Shown here: piece by piece, positions 37,006 through 47,361 of the stretch
Layout of the letters: every line of letters begins with the position of its first letter
Position numbering within the stretch: position 1 is the stretch's first letter
The notes under the pieces: model-generated
What the model was told of the DNA's origin: nothing
The model's input: only the letters and a program-made list of their open reading frames with translations
Database searches by the model: none
Origin: Minisyncoccota bacterium
GTDB taxonomy: Bacteria; Patescibacteriota; Minisyncoccia; Phycocordibacterales; PALSA-1337
Assembly: GCA_041665385.1 (NCBI GenBank)
Contig: JBAYIX010000004.1
Span: 1 to 63,684 of the forward strand
Direction of reading: 5' to 3'
Length of the DNA: 63,684 nucleotides
Program-made: the position numbers and the translations under genes

Positions 37006-38091
37006 TCACCAATAATGTTTCTTATGTTTTTTATAAAAATCTACCGTTCTCTGTATGCCCTCTCGAAGCAATATCCTCGGCTTCCAACCTATAGCTTTGT
37101 GTATCTTGGTAATATCGGAATAAAAGTGGCCCGGCTCCTGCTTTTTTCTCTCTTCGGAAAAGGGCGTGAATTTTGCTCTGCCCGTGCCTGCAATATCTAT
37201 TGTAGCATGAGCCAATTCACCAAAATTTGAGACTTCGTGATGGCCGACATTGTAGATCTGGCCATAACATTCCTCATGGAGCGGGAGAGCTAGTAGAGCT
37301 TCCACAACATCATCCACATAGAGGAAGTCACGCATGATCTTTCCATCGCCAAATATCGGTATCGTCGCATCATCGATAGCGAGACGGATGAACCAGTTTG
37401 CCACACCATATTTGTCTGTTTTCATCTGAGCTCGTGGGCCATAAATATTTGTGAGACGAGTGAGGACCGATCGCACGCCATGGTTGTTGTTGTATGCGAT
37501 GAGAATTTTTTCTGCCGTTAGGTTTGTGATCTCATAGACCCCTTTTGGATCCGTAGGTGCGTCCTCGGTTGCAGGTAAAGTCTTTACTGACCCGTACTGA
37601 CTCCTAGTCCCGGTAAAGATAATGATGGCTTTGGGATTATATTTTCTACAAGCCTCGGAAAGGACTACGGTGCCGGTCACATTATAATCAATATCCAAAT
37701 AAGGATTTGTAAAGCTCATGACATGGCTGACCTGCCCGGCGAGATGGAAGATATAGTCTTGCCCGCGCACGAGCCACTCCATGGCGTTTTTATCCATAAT
37801 GTCGCAAAATTGCACATTTACTTTTTCTTTTATTGGTTCAATATTGTGCAAATTTCCACCGTATTCTGGGATCATAGCGTCGACTATGGTTACATTTGCG
37901 CCTAGCTTCACTAGGTCAATGGCGAGGTTACTACCGATGAAGCCGAGTCCGCCGGTTATGAGAATATTCTTATTCTTGTAAGGGTTATTTTTAACTGGCT
38001 CATTGACTGGCTTTTTAACAGTCTTTCTGGGAGTTTTGTGTTTTATCTTGACTACCTTTTTTACTTTCTTGGGCGTGGTTTTAGGCTTCAT
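37006..38091 (-). CDS. NAD-dependent sugar-nucleotide epimerase/dehydratase (extended SDR) with a ~40-aa lysine-rich N-terminal extension
   Basis: Rossmann motif ILITGGLGFIGSNL and YGSVK (YxxxK). The N-terminus is MKPKTTPKKVKKVVKIKHKTPRKTVKKPVNEPVKNNPYKNKN. No ATG/GTG/TTG lies between it and the Rossmann motif. Confidence 0.8.
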   Translation of the reverse strand: MKPKTTPKKVKKVVKIKHKTPRKTVKKPVNEPVKNNPYKNKNILITGGLGFIGSNLAIDLVKLGANVTIVDAMIPEYGGNLHNIEPIKEKVNVQFCDIMDKNAMEWLVRGQDYIFHLAGQVSHVMSFTNPYLDIDYNVTGTVVLSEACRKYNPKAIIIFTGTRSQYGSVKTLPATEDAPTDPKGVYEITNLTAEKILIAYNNNHGVRSVLTRLTNIYGPRAQMKTDKYGVANWFIRLAIDDATIPIFGDGKIMRDFLYVDDVVEALLALPLHEECYGQIYNVGHHEVSNFGELAHATIDIAGTGRAKFTPFSEERKKQEPGHFYSDITKIHKAIGWKPRILLREGIQRTVDFYKKHKKHYW

Positions 38092-38140
38092 GATGAGGAT
38101 AAATTAGCACGAATAGAAGGAATTTACTATTGGTAAAAAA

Positions 38141-38270
38141 ACGGTTTCGTCACCTGCCCCAGGTAGCCCCTCGGGACACGCCGTCGGCGCCTGCTGGCGC
38201 CGCGGCTGGTTCTCCGCCGCCTACGCGGCGTCCGAAACGTCCCTCGAGGCTATCCTAGGGCAGGCGCCGA
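38141..38270 (-). other. GC-rich, highly structured intercistronic element G (candidate RNA structure)
   Basis: Outer stem 38153-38177 / 38239-38264 (CCTGCCCCAGGTAGCCCCTCGGGAC / GTCCCTCGAGGCTATCCTAGGGCAGG, imperfect). Inner stems are ACGCCG/CGGCGT, CGGCGCC-tgct-GGCGCCG and GCGGC-tggttctcc-GCCGC. It sits in one of only two gaps longer than 100 nt in the glycosylation gene run. Confidence 0.35.
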
Positions 38271-38284
38271 AAGTTCTCAACCTA

Positions 38285-39379
38285 CTAACTAAATTTATTG
38301 ATGGTCTCAACAACATACTCAACCTCCTGTTCCGTCATCCCGTTATACAATGGCAAACTCAGCTGTATGTCCGCATACTTTTCTGTAATAGGAAAATCGC
38401 CTTTCTTGAATCCTAATCTTTTATAAGCATTCGAAAGGTGTGGCGGTATCGGATAGTGGATCATAGTCTTGATACCATTTTCCAAAAGGAACTTCTGCAG
38501 TTCATCTCGCCTATCACATCGTACACTGAAGATATGCCAGATGTGATCTGCTCCCTTTTTTACTTTAGGTAATATTACCTGCGGGTTTTTTATACCTACT
38601 AAATATTTGTTTGCCAATTTTTCTCTCTCCACATTCAATTCATGCAGATGAGATAGTTTGATACGTAAAAATCCCGCTTGTATCTCATCCAAACGCGAAT
38701 TCACACCTTCGATCTCATTTTGATATTTCACCTCACTGCCGTAGTTGTGTAGTAAACGGACAGTACGGGCGAGTTTGTCATCATTTGTCGTGACTGCCCC
38801 ACCATCGCCAAAGCCTCCCATATTCTTGGTAGGATAAAAGCTAAAGCAGGCTATGTCGCCGAGGGATCCTGTCATCTTGCCATCAAACTTTGCTCCATGC
38901 GACTGTGCGCAATCTTCTATTACAAATAATTTGTGCTTTTTTGCGATCTTGGCTACAGCGGTCATATCTGTCGCTTGACCAAACAAATGCACAACCATTA
39001 CTGCCTTTGTCTTCGGTGTTATCGCAGACTCGATCTTCGAAATATCAATATTGTAATATTCATCCGGTTCGACGAAGACAGGTGTCACACCATTTTCTGT
39101 AATACCTAGAACAGTAGCGATGTATGTATTGGCCTGCACTATAACTTCATCGCCCTCACCTATACCGAGAGCTCTCACAGCCAAAATCAACGCATCCAAC
39201 CCAGAATTGAGCCCAACACAATGTTTCGTACCTACAAAACCAGCAAATTCCTTTTCGAAGTTTTCTACTTCCTTTCCGAGGATATACCAGCCCGATCGTA
39301 GTACTCGCAAAGCCGCATCCTCATATTCCTTTTGGTATGCCTTGTACTGTCTGTCTAGAACGTTGTATTCAACCTTCAT
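38285..39379 (-). CDS. DegT/DnrJ/EryC1/StrS-family PLP-dependent sugar aminotransferase
   Basis: The N-terminus [46 protein letters not shown] is typical of the family, as are [18 protein letters not shown] (PLP-lysine region) and a C-terminal ...[10 protein letters not shown]. Confidence 0.88.
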   Translation of the reverse strand: MKVEYNVLDRQYKAYQKEYEDAALRVLRSGWYILGKEVENFEKEFAGFVGTKHCVGLNSGLDALILAVRALGIGEGDEVIVQANTYIATVLGITENGVTPVFVEPDEYYNIDISKIESAITPKTKAVMVVHLFGQATDMTAVAKIAKKHKLFVIEDCAQSHGAKFDGKMTGSLGDIACFSFYPTKNMGGFGDGGAVTTNDDKLARTVRLLHNYGSEVKYQNEIEGVNSRLDEIQAGFLRIKLSHLHELNVEREKLANKYLVGIKNPQVILPKVKKGADHIWHIFSVRCDRRDELQKFLLENGIKTMIHYPIPPHLSNAYKRLGFKKGDFPITEKYADIQLSLPLYNGMTEQEVEYVVETINKFS

Positions 39380-39383
39380 TTTA

Positions 39384-40838
39384 TTATATATTGATCGCTT
39401 TTCTTTCCAATATCCTATACCTCTCACAAGCATTCGAAATTTCGTATTTTTCCAAAACTTCCCCTAGGACAGGTATTGTTTCTCCAGAAACGACTACCAC
39501 ATCTGGTATACCGGACTTCAAAACCGATATCTTTTCTAGCCTGGTCGCATCTGTCTCTACACTATCCATGTACTGATAATAGTTGCTCCCTTTACGGAAA
39601 ATGACAAGCTCTGGCACCTGATAAAAGAATATGCTCAACTGGGGTGCTATGGAACTTATGGCGATGTTACAGTCGCGCGTCTTTGTACTGCCATAATATT
39701 TCGATACCCAGGAAGTGAAGAACAGCTGGTACGATTGGCAGATTATGATTAAGACGACCGCTGTGCCCACTATCCATTTCCACTTGACTACCAGCTGTCG
39801 CAAAGAATATGCAAAGAAGAATATTGCAAAGACTTCGGCAAGGAAGAAATAACGATAGTATCCAGGATTGCGGAAGTATGCCACGAATATCATGAGAGAA
39901 AAGATGAGTGCAACCCATTCTGAAGGAGACATTGGTATTTTTTTCTTTGCACGAATAACGAAACCGATGATCCATACTATCAAAAAGAAAAAGAAATACA
40001 GTCCCTGTGGTGACACAAAGAACGCCTGAATATTATCGAGGAGCGATATCGCAATATTTACCTTGTGCGGGTTTGCATAGTAAGCAAATATAGCAGACAG
40101 ACTGTCTCCAGAAAACTGAATGTATACCCATGTAATAAGTGGCAAAATGGTACAGACAACAAGAGATAAAATACTTACCGCCCTCTTATCCCCGAAGGTT
40201 TCTCTCCTCCGGATCAGAGCATACCCGAAGACAGCGACAACAGCAGGTACTAGCAAAATAAAAATTGGTTTTGTAGCTATCGCCAATCCCAAGAATAATC
40301 CCGCAACAGCATACGGTCCCGGACGACGGTCACCCTTCCAGATATTGTGAATAAGTATAAGAAAAACGAATAGGAAAAATAATCCCGGAACTTCTCCCAA
40401 AACATTCTTACCGTTGCCATATAACGGCGGAAAACTGACGATGAGAGCTAGGCTTGCCAATGCCAACCACTTATTTTCAAAAACTTTTTTACCTAGAATA
40501 AATAGCGCCACCAGAAATGCCAGCATAAAGATGACCATTACTGCCCTAGCCTGCAACAATCCGACCCCGAAGAGCTTGAAAGACAAAACTATGGGAAGTG
40601 TCACCGGATAGCTAGTAGAGATGAAGCTCGGAGATATGTATTGTCTCGGTCCGACATTCACGGCATATATACCGTCTTCTACAAAATTCTTCGATGTCTG
40701 CACTATCATACCCTCATCCATCCATATCGGCGGGCTTTCGGTGAGCTTGTAAGTGCTCATAAAAACTGCAAAGAGCATTATGGCGGTAAAAACTAGACCA
40801 AATAAATATCGATCCATGTATGTCTTTGTAGGGATCAT
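39384..40838 (-). CDS. ArnT/PMT_2-like polytopic glycosyltransferase (GT-C)
   Basis: 484 aa. The first periplasmic-loop motif is [12 protein letters not shown] (the DE motif of GT-C enzymes). About 11 TM helices are followed by a short C-terminal soluble domain. Confidence 0.55.
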   Translation of the reverse strand: MIPTKTYMDRYLFGLVFTAIMLFAVFMSTYKLTESPPIWMDEGMIVQTSKNFVEDGIYAVNVGPRQYISPSFISTSYPVTLPIVLSFKLFGVGLLQARAVMVIFMLAFLVALFILGKKVFENKWLALASLALIVSFPPLYGNGKNVLGEVPGLFFLFVFLILIHNIWKGDRRPGPYAVAGLFLGLAIATKPIFILLVPAVVAVFGYALIRRRETFGDKRAVSILSLVVCTILPLITWVYIQFSGDSLSAIFAYYANPHKVNIAISLLDNIQAFFVSPQGLYFFFFLIVWIIGFVIRAKKKIPMSPSEWVALIFSLMIFVAYFRNPGYYRYFFLAEVFAIFFFAYSLRQLVVKWKWIVGTAVVLIIICQSYQLFFTSWVSKYYGSTKTRDCNIAISSIAPQLSIFFYQVPELVIFRKGSNYYQYMDSVETDATRLEKISVLKSGIPDVVVVSGETIPVLGEVLEKYEISNACERYRILERKAINI

Positions 40839-40849
40839 ATTATGAAGGA

Positions 40850-41884
40850 TTATAGCAAGAAATCTTTACTCTGAAATATTCTATTGAAATAAGCATCCAA
40901 TCTGAGATGAGAGATGAATACCTCTCTCGCCCTAGTCTGCATAGCCATATATCTTTCCTCGGACAATTCTCTGAAGAATTTTGAAACTACACTCGAAATG
41001 TTTCTGTAATCTTTGTGATCGATCTTGAAAACAAACTCTGAATAATCAATCTCAGCTTCCATGGGTAGTACACATTCTGTATCCAATAAAAGCGGTATCC
41101 TACCCAACGAAAGAGTCTCATAAAATCTCGTAGAGAAGTTTCCATCACCCTTCACGCACAAGGTAAAATCACTTTGCAAAATGTTTTCCACATATTCTCT
41201 TTTGGCCTGCTCTAGGTCTAGCTCTATAGTCTTCTCATTACCAGAATAAGTCCGCCGAATAATAAATTTTGTTATTATTTCCTCGGATTGTCGGAGTCGG
41301 GCCAAGATCTTCTTCCTCCACCAAACACCCTTGATATGTAAGATCGCTTTTTCATCAAAGATAGACGCGACAAACAATGGCAAAGTTTTTATCCAAAATT
41401 TCAATGACTCAAAACCTGTCCGAAAACCAGCCCAACCGCAAAACCCTATAATAGGTCGATCCCCCTTCTTCCTAGGAAAAAGATCGATACCTGAACCGAG
41501 GTCTTCCACATAACCTGGCAAAATTATCTCATTTGATTTCAAGTCTGACCGGTATTGAGAATTGCGGAATATTATGGAGTTCTTCACCATTACAGTCTCC
41601 GAGGAATCACCCGGAAAGAAAATCACAACTTTTTTTTCGTGCCCTATCGCAAGAAACTCAAACTGCGCCAGATATTCCACGTCTCTTTTTATGAGATTAT
41701 AGTTGTGTGGTACCAAGAGGAAATCGGCTTGTTCCGGCTGTTCTACTATTTCCAACACCGGATCACGGAGCTCCACATAGCGCTCCGTCCACCTGCCTCC
41801 AGTTTTTCCGATTCCAAAGTTCGGACGTATAACCTCCGCTAGTGGCAATCCTTTTTTTATTTCTCCTATATATGCCTTTAACAT
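40850..41884 (-). CDS. Exostosin (GT47)-like glycosyltransferase
   Basis: FLLVPHNYN, FCGWAG, and the C-terminal LCVKGDGNFSTRFYETLSLGRIPLLLDT resemble the exostosin-family signature. Confidence 0.55.
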   Translation of the reverse strand: MLKAYIGEIKKGLPLAEVIRPNFGIGKTGGRWTERYVELRDPVLEIVEQPEQADFLLVPHNYNLIKRDVEYLAQFEFLAIGHEKKVVIFFPGDSSETVMVKNSIIFRNSQYRSDLKSNEIILPGYVEDLGSGIDLFPRKKGDRPIIGFCGWAGFRTGFESLKFWIKTLPLFVASIFDEKAILHIKGVWWRKKILARLRQSEEIITKFIIRRTYSGNEKTIELDLEQAKREYVENILQSDFTLCVKGDGNFSTRFYETLSLGRIPLLLDTECVLPMEAEIDYSEFVFKIDHKDYRNISSVVSKFFRELSEERYMAMQTRAREVFISHLRLDAYFNRIFQSKDFLL

Positions 41885-42780
41885 TATGATTTTACGAATA
41901 CCATAGCCATGCCAAATCGCTTCACTGGAAACAATTCCAGAACTCTATTCACACCAAAGAGAATAGTGTACAAAGAAAATGAAAAAATCATAAAAACCAA
42001 GCTTCGGAATGTTCGGCCCTTCTTCCAAGCCTTTATCAGATGGAGTGAACCTAATTCATACTTGAGGCTAGGAGTCTTGGTATACCAGGCTTTTCTGAAC
42101 TGATATCCGTTTTCATTCAGGAGTCTTTTTAGATTTTCCGCCCCGAACTGATACAGGTGATGGGGTGGCGTGACTACTCCCCACGGGATACCAAACAATC
42201 TCCACAGAGCCCTAGTAGATCGAGACCAGAAACATTCCATATTTGGGGTAAGTATTATGAGCTGTCCGCCCGGCTTTAATATCCTCTGAACTTCGTCTAC
42301 GAGTTTTCTCGGGTCTGCAACATGCTCTATGAGATCTCCCATGTGAACATAATCAAAATAATTTTCCTGATAGTTCGCATTTTCCACCATTTTTATTTCC
42401 ACATCGAGACCGTTCGCTTTTGCAATATTTGCCGTGCGAGGATTGAGCTCTACTCCCTTCACATCAAAACCAATTTTCTTCACAAAATACATGAGTTCAC
42501 CGCTAGAACATCCGACATCCAAGAAAATGCCTTTCTTTTGTTCTTTTAAATATTTTAGTATCCTTTTTTGTTTGTCCGTGACAATAGCCTTGGAAAGATC
42601 CTTTATCTTATTTGCCTGATAACCGGACTTTTCTGAGTACACCTCTTCCTGTAGATATACTGCTGTCGGCTGTGGATACACGAATGATAGTCGACACGTT
42701 GGACATTCATAGATGTTATATCCATCCTTTTCCAGGAGAAAGGGACATTCCGTATCACAAATGATGCACTTGGGGTTCAT
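41884..42780 (-). CDS. SAM-dependent methyltransferase with an N-terminal zinc ribbon
   Basis: CIICDTEC...CPTCRLSF zinc ribbon, FLDVGCSSGELMYF motif I and FDYVHMGDLIEHVADP. Confidence 0.75.
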   Translation of the reverse strand: MNPKCIICDTECPFLLEKDGYNIYECPTCRLSFVYPQPTAVYLQEEVYSEKSGYQANKIKDLSKAIVTDKQKRILKYLKEQKKGIFLDVGCSSGELMYFVKKIGFDVKGVELNPRTANIAKANGLDVEIKMVENANYQENYFDYVHMGDLIEHVADPRKLVDEVQRILKPGGQLIILTPNMECFWSRSTRALWRLFGIPWGVVTPPHHLYQFGAENLKRLLNENGYQFRKAWYTKTPSLKYELGSLHLIKAWKKGRTFRSLVFMIFSFSLYTILFGVNRVLELFPVKRFGMAMVFVKS

Positions 42781-42788
42781 GGCGTCTA

Positions 42789-43784
42789 TTATGCCATACT
42801 ATCGAGGATTGTGAGCACTCGAGCTTTCGTGGAATGTTCACGGAGAATGCGGACATATTCTTCGGACATATTTGACGTTTTGTAGTCAGATTTCAAAAAG
42901 TTTGATAGTTTATCGAGTTGGCTTTCGAATTCCTCCAGGTTTCCAAATTGCCATATACGTTCATAATCCAGCGCTCTGCTACCCGGCTCATAAATATCCA
43001 GTTTTTCTGTGAGCAAAATGCAGTTATTGCCCAATATTTCCCAGAACCTGGCCGTATCATATCCACCACCGCCTACAGAAACACCTACCTTGGCGCGTGA
43101 AAGCAGATCATAAAATTTCACCCTGCCATTATCTTTTGGTGCGAGACCCATCATACGCGAAAACAGAGATCCATTTGTGTTTTTTGTCACAGTTCTCAGT
43201 CCGTTCGCATTCTCTACCAGCTTTCGTACCTCACGCCTAAGGTTTGGGTATTCTTCCTGACCGAACACACAGACTATGTCTATATCTTTTTTCGTATGAG
43301 GATCGTAATTTGAGATATACCTCCGCTCGATACCAAATGGAAGAGGGATTATACCACCCATGTAAGGTTTCTCTCTCCGGAAATATGATTTGCACCTGGC
43401 AAGCATTTCTTTATCTATCGCACCCTCGCCATCATAAGTGCCTTTGATCACCTTGTTCCGTATATCCATATCGTATCTCCTATTCCGACCCAGCTCAGAA
43501 CCGTCTACGAATACCGTCTTGTCCCATCTCCCGATTTTCTCTGCCGTATCATAGTCGGTATTTCCCTTGCCATTACAAAAAATAATAACATCTGCAGACT
43601 TTGCAAAGGAAATAAAATCATCTTTTTCAGCATACCAAGATGTGATATCCAAATAAGATTTATAATCCGAAGAATATCTGATCTCATTTCCCGCACCATC
43701 GCCTTTCAAAGCCGAAAGGCCATCTATGACAGTATTGGTGAGATAGTCTTCCTTGTACAAAGGTGTGATAAGGGCGATCTTCAT
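42789..43784 (-). CDS. Hypothetical protein, possibly a GT-B-like glycosyltransferase
   Basis: 331 aa with MKIALITPLYKED N-terminus and VGVSVGGGGYDTARFWEILGNNCILLTEK. The call rests on context only; no firm family assignment. Confidence 0.35.
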   Translation of the reverse strand: MKIALITPLYKEDYLTNTVIDGLSALKGDGAGNEIRYSSDYKSYLDITSWYAEKDDFISFAKSADVIIFCNGKGNTDYDTAEKIGRWDKTVFVDGSELGRNRRYDMDIRNKVIKGTYDGEGAIDKEMLARCKSYFRREKPYMGGIIPLPFGIERRYISNYDPHTKKDIDIVCVFGQEEYPNLRREVRKLVENANGLRTVTKNTNGSLFSRMMGLAPKDNGRVKFYDLLSRAKVGVSVGGGGYDTARFWEILGNNCILLTEKLDIYEPGSRALDYERIWQFGNLEEFESQLDKLSNFLKSDYKTSNMSEEYVRILREHSTKARVLTILDSMA

Positions 43785-44839
43785 ATATTTAGTTTCAATA
43801 AAAGTTTTGATACCAAGTCTTTTGGCTGAAGCTCTTTTTCGAACAAGTCCTTGGCATTTCGCCCAATCTTTTCCCGAAGTTCTGTATTTTTCTTCAATAA
43901 CAGTATCTTTTCGGCAAGACTCTTATCATATCCCGGCATAGCAAATATGACATTTTCATTATCAGTGAGTAATTCACGTATCGCCGGACTATTTTCCGTT
44001 ATTATGGCTTTACCGAGAGACATTCCTTCGAAGACCTTATTTGGTATGACTCTCCCTGCCTTGTCCGTAATTCCAAATATACCCAGAACCACATCTGCTT
44101 CAGCCATCATATTTACGAGGTCACCAAAAGGCATTTGAGGAAAATATTCGACGTTTTCCGGTTTCAACTCTTCTTGCACTATCATCATTTTCTCATATTC
44201 CTGACCGCGACCTATTATGCGAAAAGAAATACCCTTTTCGGTTTCGATGAGCTTTGCAGCTCGGATAATATATTCTATGCCATGCAGAGGAATGTACGTA
44301 CCATGAAAATGTACGATAAATTTTCCAGTGCGATTCGTACTTTTCGTGACGCTCAACTTCGCATTTGAACCCACGAAAACTGGAATGATCCTGCCCGAGA
44401 GAATGCCAAAAGTTTTGTGAAAATATTGTGCATTTTCCGCAGTATCGACTGTCACATATTTTGCTACACGCACACTGTACCAATCCAAAAGAAAATCATG
44501 CATGGCACCTAGGCTCCACCTGCCATATCTTTTCCTGTCAAAAACATTTGTATCATAGAGAGATGTAAATGCGTCAAATATTATAAGACCTCTCGGAAAA
44601 AGGAATTTCGCTAACCAGGCGATACTTTGTCCCGGTGTAGCAACAAATAATATGTCCGGCTTCACAGCTAGTTCTTTCCATTTTTTGCGAAGCATAGAAT
44701 ATTTGGTCCATCCTCGGTATTTCCGGGGATCAACAGAACATTCCAACACATTCCATCCATTGTCCTGAAATCCCTGCATGAGTACGCTATTCCGTGAATA
44801 TTCCCCGTCATATATGCCAAAAAATACTACAGTTTTCAT
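43781..44839 (-). CDS. Glycosyltransferase, GT-B fold (GT4-like)
   Basis: C-terminal half reads FIVHFHGTYIPLHGIEYII...VIPNKVFEGMSLGKAIITENSPAIRELL. Confidence 0.65.
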   Translation of the reverse strand: MKTVVFFGIYDGEYSRNSVLMQGFQDNGWNVLECSVDPRKYRGWTKYSMLRKKWKELAVKPDILFVATPGQSIAWLAKFLFPRGLIIFDAFTSLYDTNVFDRKRYGRWSLGAMHDFLLDWYSVRVAKYVTVDTAENAQYFHKTFGILSGRIIPVFVGSNAKLSVTKSTNRTGKFIVHFHGTYIPLHGIEYIIRAAKLIETEKGISFRIIGRGQEYEKMMIVQEELKPENVEYFPQMPFGDLVNMMAEADVVLGIFGITDKAGRVIPNKVFEGMSLGKAIITENSPAIRELLTDNENVIFAMPGYDKSLAEKILLLKKNTELREKIGRNAKDLFEKELQPKDLVSKLLLKLNI

Positions 44840-45906
44840 TTCATTTTTTCTACCATATTCCTTATGAGGACCGGTAAATCTGCCCGCTCCTTCGCAATCC
44901 TCTGAAGATCTTTGGTAACTGCCTGAATATCCCCAGAAGAAAACAGAGCTATGATCTTCGATGCCAGATCTTTCGCATCGTTTTCTAGAAACAAGAGGCT
45001 TTCTGCATAAACACCAAAATATCTTTCATAAGTCTTATTTGAAGCCAGCACCGGCACACCGGCCGCCATAGATTCGAGCACGGACTTATCGACTCCACCT
45101 GTAGGTGCCAGATTTACGGAAATATCCGTGGAAGCATATTGCTGGGGCATGTCGGCGTTCAATACTCTTCCCACAAATCTTATCTCCCCATTCAGTCCAC
45201 TCTCATCTATAAAATTTCGGAGTTTCTTTGCGTATACTTCATCCTGTTCTGTAACAGGAGCGCCCACGAGAAGTATTTCAAATTTCTTTTGCCATGTTTT
45301 TTTCAGGATAAGAGCCGCTCGAACCAAGGTCTCAAAATTCTTTATCTCCGTGATCCTGCCAGCATGGATTATCCGCACCGGTTCTGTACCTATCTCCTTT
45401 GTGCGGACGACTCTCACATATGCATTCACATCTATGCCATGACCGATGATCTCCACCTTTGTGCTATCCAGCTGAAAGCTCTCGAGAGAAGCAGTGAATA
45501 TCCTGTCACAAAGTTTTTCTGCGATACGCAACTTCATATCCACATTGCGGTGCGTATACCAGAGAAATATCTTTTTCCCCATAATCTTCCACGGCAGACC
45601 ACCCAGAACTACATATATGGGATTCATGTGAACAAAAACTCGGTCATATTCTTTTCTCTCTCGAATAATGTGACGGTAAAACGCTAGGCTATACGCAATC
45701 CTGTCAAAAAGACCAGAATATGTTTTCCTCTTCTCTTTACCGAGTGAGATGACTCTCACGTTTGGAGGTAGACTGTGCCGACCCTCTTCGAGAGATATGA
45801 CCGTGACTCTCTCATAGTATTTTGCATACTCTGTTATCCAGGAATGAAAAAAGGCAAGATACGAGTTATCCATGTCTACACTCTGAGTTGTGATCAAGAT
45901 TTTCAT
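44836..45906 (-). CDS. Glycosyltransferase family 4
   Basis: RIIHAGRITEIKNFETLVRA...GGVDKSVLESMAAGVPVLASNKTYERYF. Confidence 0.75.
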   Translation of the reverse strand: MKILITTQSVDMDNSYLAFFHSWITEYAKYYERVTVISLEEGRHSLPPNVRVISLGKEKRKTYSGLFDRIAYSLAFYRHIIRERKEYDRVFVHMNPIYVVLGGLPWKIMGKKIFLWYTHRNVDMKLRIAEKLCDRIFTASLESFQLDSTKVEIIGHGIDVNAYVRVVRTKEIGTEPVRIIHAGRITEIKNFETLVRAALILKKTWQKKFEILLVGAPVTEQDEVYAKKLRNFIDESGLNGEIRFVGRVLNADMPQQYASTDISVNLAPTGGVDKSVLESMAAGVPVLASNKTYERYFGVYAESLLFLENDAKDLASKIIALFSSGDIQAVTKDLQRIAKERADLPVLIRNMVEKMK

Positions 45907-46343
45907 GAAACCAAGCTTTGTTTGAAGATAAGCTTTTGATATACGAAGAAACTAACTATCGCTATACATCCTGCCGCTATGATCTGAGATATCATGTAAT
46001 GAGAACCGAATATGTCCGTGAGCAAGTACATGAGGCCTGTATTCACGGCCAAGTTTATGACACTTACCGTAAAATAAAGTGCACCCTGAGCACCCACACC
46101 GTCACTGGAATGATCTCGGAACGTCCAATACTTTTGCAAAGTGAAGCTCACGCAGAAGGCAATGATAAAGGCGAATACCGTCGAAACTAGATACCATATG
46201 TGCAAAATATCCGTAAAGAGGTAAAGGAAGGCCAGGTCCGTGACCGCCGCCGTACCGCCAGATATGACATAACGCGCGATCTTCATTTTTTTTGCGTGCT
46301 TTTCATCCAAAGTGGCATAAGTATTTTTCATCCAGGTGATCAT
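45903..46343 (-). CDS. GtrA-family membrane protein (polyprenyl-phosphate-sugar flippase family)
   Basis: 146 aa with 4 TM helices. ARYVISGGTAAVTDLAFLYLFTDIL...SFTLQKYWTFRD is the GtrA-like signature. Confidence 0.8.
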   Translation of the reverse strand: MITWMKNTYATLDEKHAKKMKIARYVISGGTAAVTDLAFLYLFTDILHIWYLVSTVFAFIIAFCVSFTLQKYWTFRDHSSDGVGAQGALYFTVSVINLAVNTGLMYLLTDIFGSHYMISQIIAAGCIAIVSFFVYQKLIFKQSLVS

Positions 46344-46346
46344 ATT

Positions 46347-47357
46347 TTATTTGTTATTATTTAAAGCTTGCACGATCTTGCGGCAGACATCCCCCGGCTC
46401 ATTATCAACTATGTTAGCACCGCTCTCCCTCGCAACACCAACATCAGTTGATACTACAGGCAGTCCCGCAGCTTTTGCCTCTATTAGGGTCATCCCGTAA
46501 CCTTCAAAGAGAGATGTGTTCAGGAATAGATCTGCAGTTTTGTAATAGGAAGCCAATGTTGTCTTGTCCGCCCATTTTTCCACGATTACGTTTTGTACGA
46601 CACCCAACGAGGCGGACAGAGATTTGATTTTCTCTTCCATCGAGCCTTCTCCGACTATTATAAGACCTGCATCTGCCATGTGCCCAATAACTCCTTTCCA
46701 GGAATGAAGTGCGAGCTCAAAATTCTTTTCTTTTTCCAGGCGGGAAGCCATGAGTACGATCTTACTGAACTGCGGATATTTTTTGTGCAGATCTACTGTT
46801 ACTGGGGCACTCTCTATCCAACTTACATCTATCGCGATGGGTTTTACAGTCACCTTATTTGCATCGATTTTGATCTTATCTACTAGGTAATTCCTTATCC
46901 GCTCCGACACAACCCTTACACTATCAGCCTGCGGCAAATATTTTAATGCCAATGTCTTCCTGATGCGATTTGACACTCGGTGAGCATAAAAAGGGCTACC
47001 CAAATCTTCGTGGACTTGGATTTCAAGCGGTAGGTGCGATTCATTTTTGAGGGCCAGTCCGGCCATAGCTGTGAGCGAAGCGTCTTGGCAGGTGATATGA
47101 GTTATACCCCGCTTTGCTATTATGAAACGACCAAGTTTGATAGCGTCAAAGGGATATAAATATTTTGAAAATGATCTCGTAGGGTATACCCAACAATTCG
47201 AAGATACCGTGATTTCTCTATGATCCTTTTTTGAAAAGATTACTATATGTACCTCGTCCCAATCCTTGGCATAGTCCACTTGCCTGGCGCGCACATTACT
47301 CCCCTCTTCGAAGATTTTGCGATCAGTCGAGATCATCAAAAGTTTTCTCTGAGACAT
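46347..47357 (-). CDS. Glycosyltransferase family 4
   Basis: LMASRLEKEKNFELAL...SLFEGYGMTLIEAKAAGLPVVSTDVGVARE. The start is ATG 47357 (MSQRKLLMIS). Confidence 0.78.
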   Translation of the reverse strand: MSQRKLLMISTDRKIFEEGSNVRARQVDYAKDWDEVHIVIFSKKDHREITVSSNCWVYPTRSFSKYLYPFDAIKLGRFIIAKRGITHITCQDASLTAMAGLALKNESHLPLEIQVHEDLGSPFYAHRVSNRIRKTLALKYLPQADSVRVVSERIRNYLVDKIKIDANKVTVKPIAIDVSWIESAPVTVDLHKKYPQFSKIVLMASRLEKEKNFELALHSWKGVIGHMADAGLIIVGEGSMEEKIKSLSASLGVVQNVIVEKWADKTTLASYYKTADLFLNTSLFEGYGMTLIEAKAAGLPVVSTDVGVARESGANIVDNEPGDVCRKIVQALNNNK

Positions 47358-47361
47358 TGTA

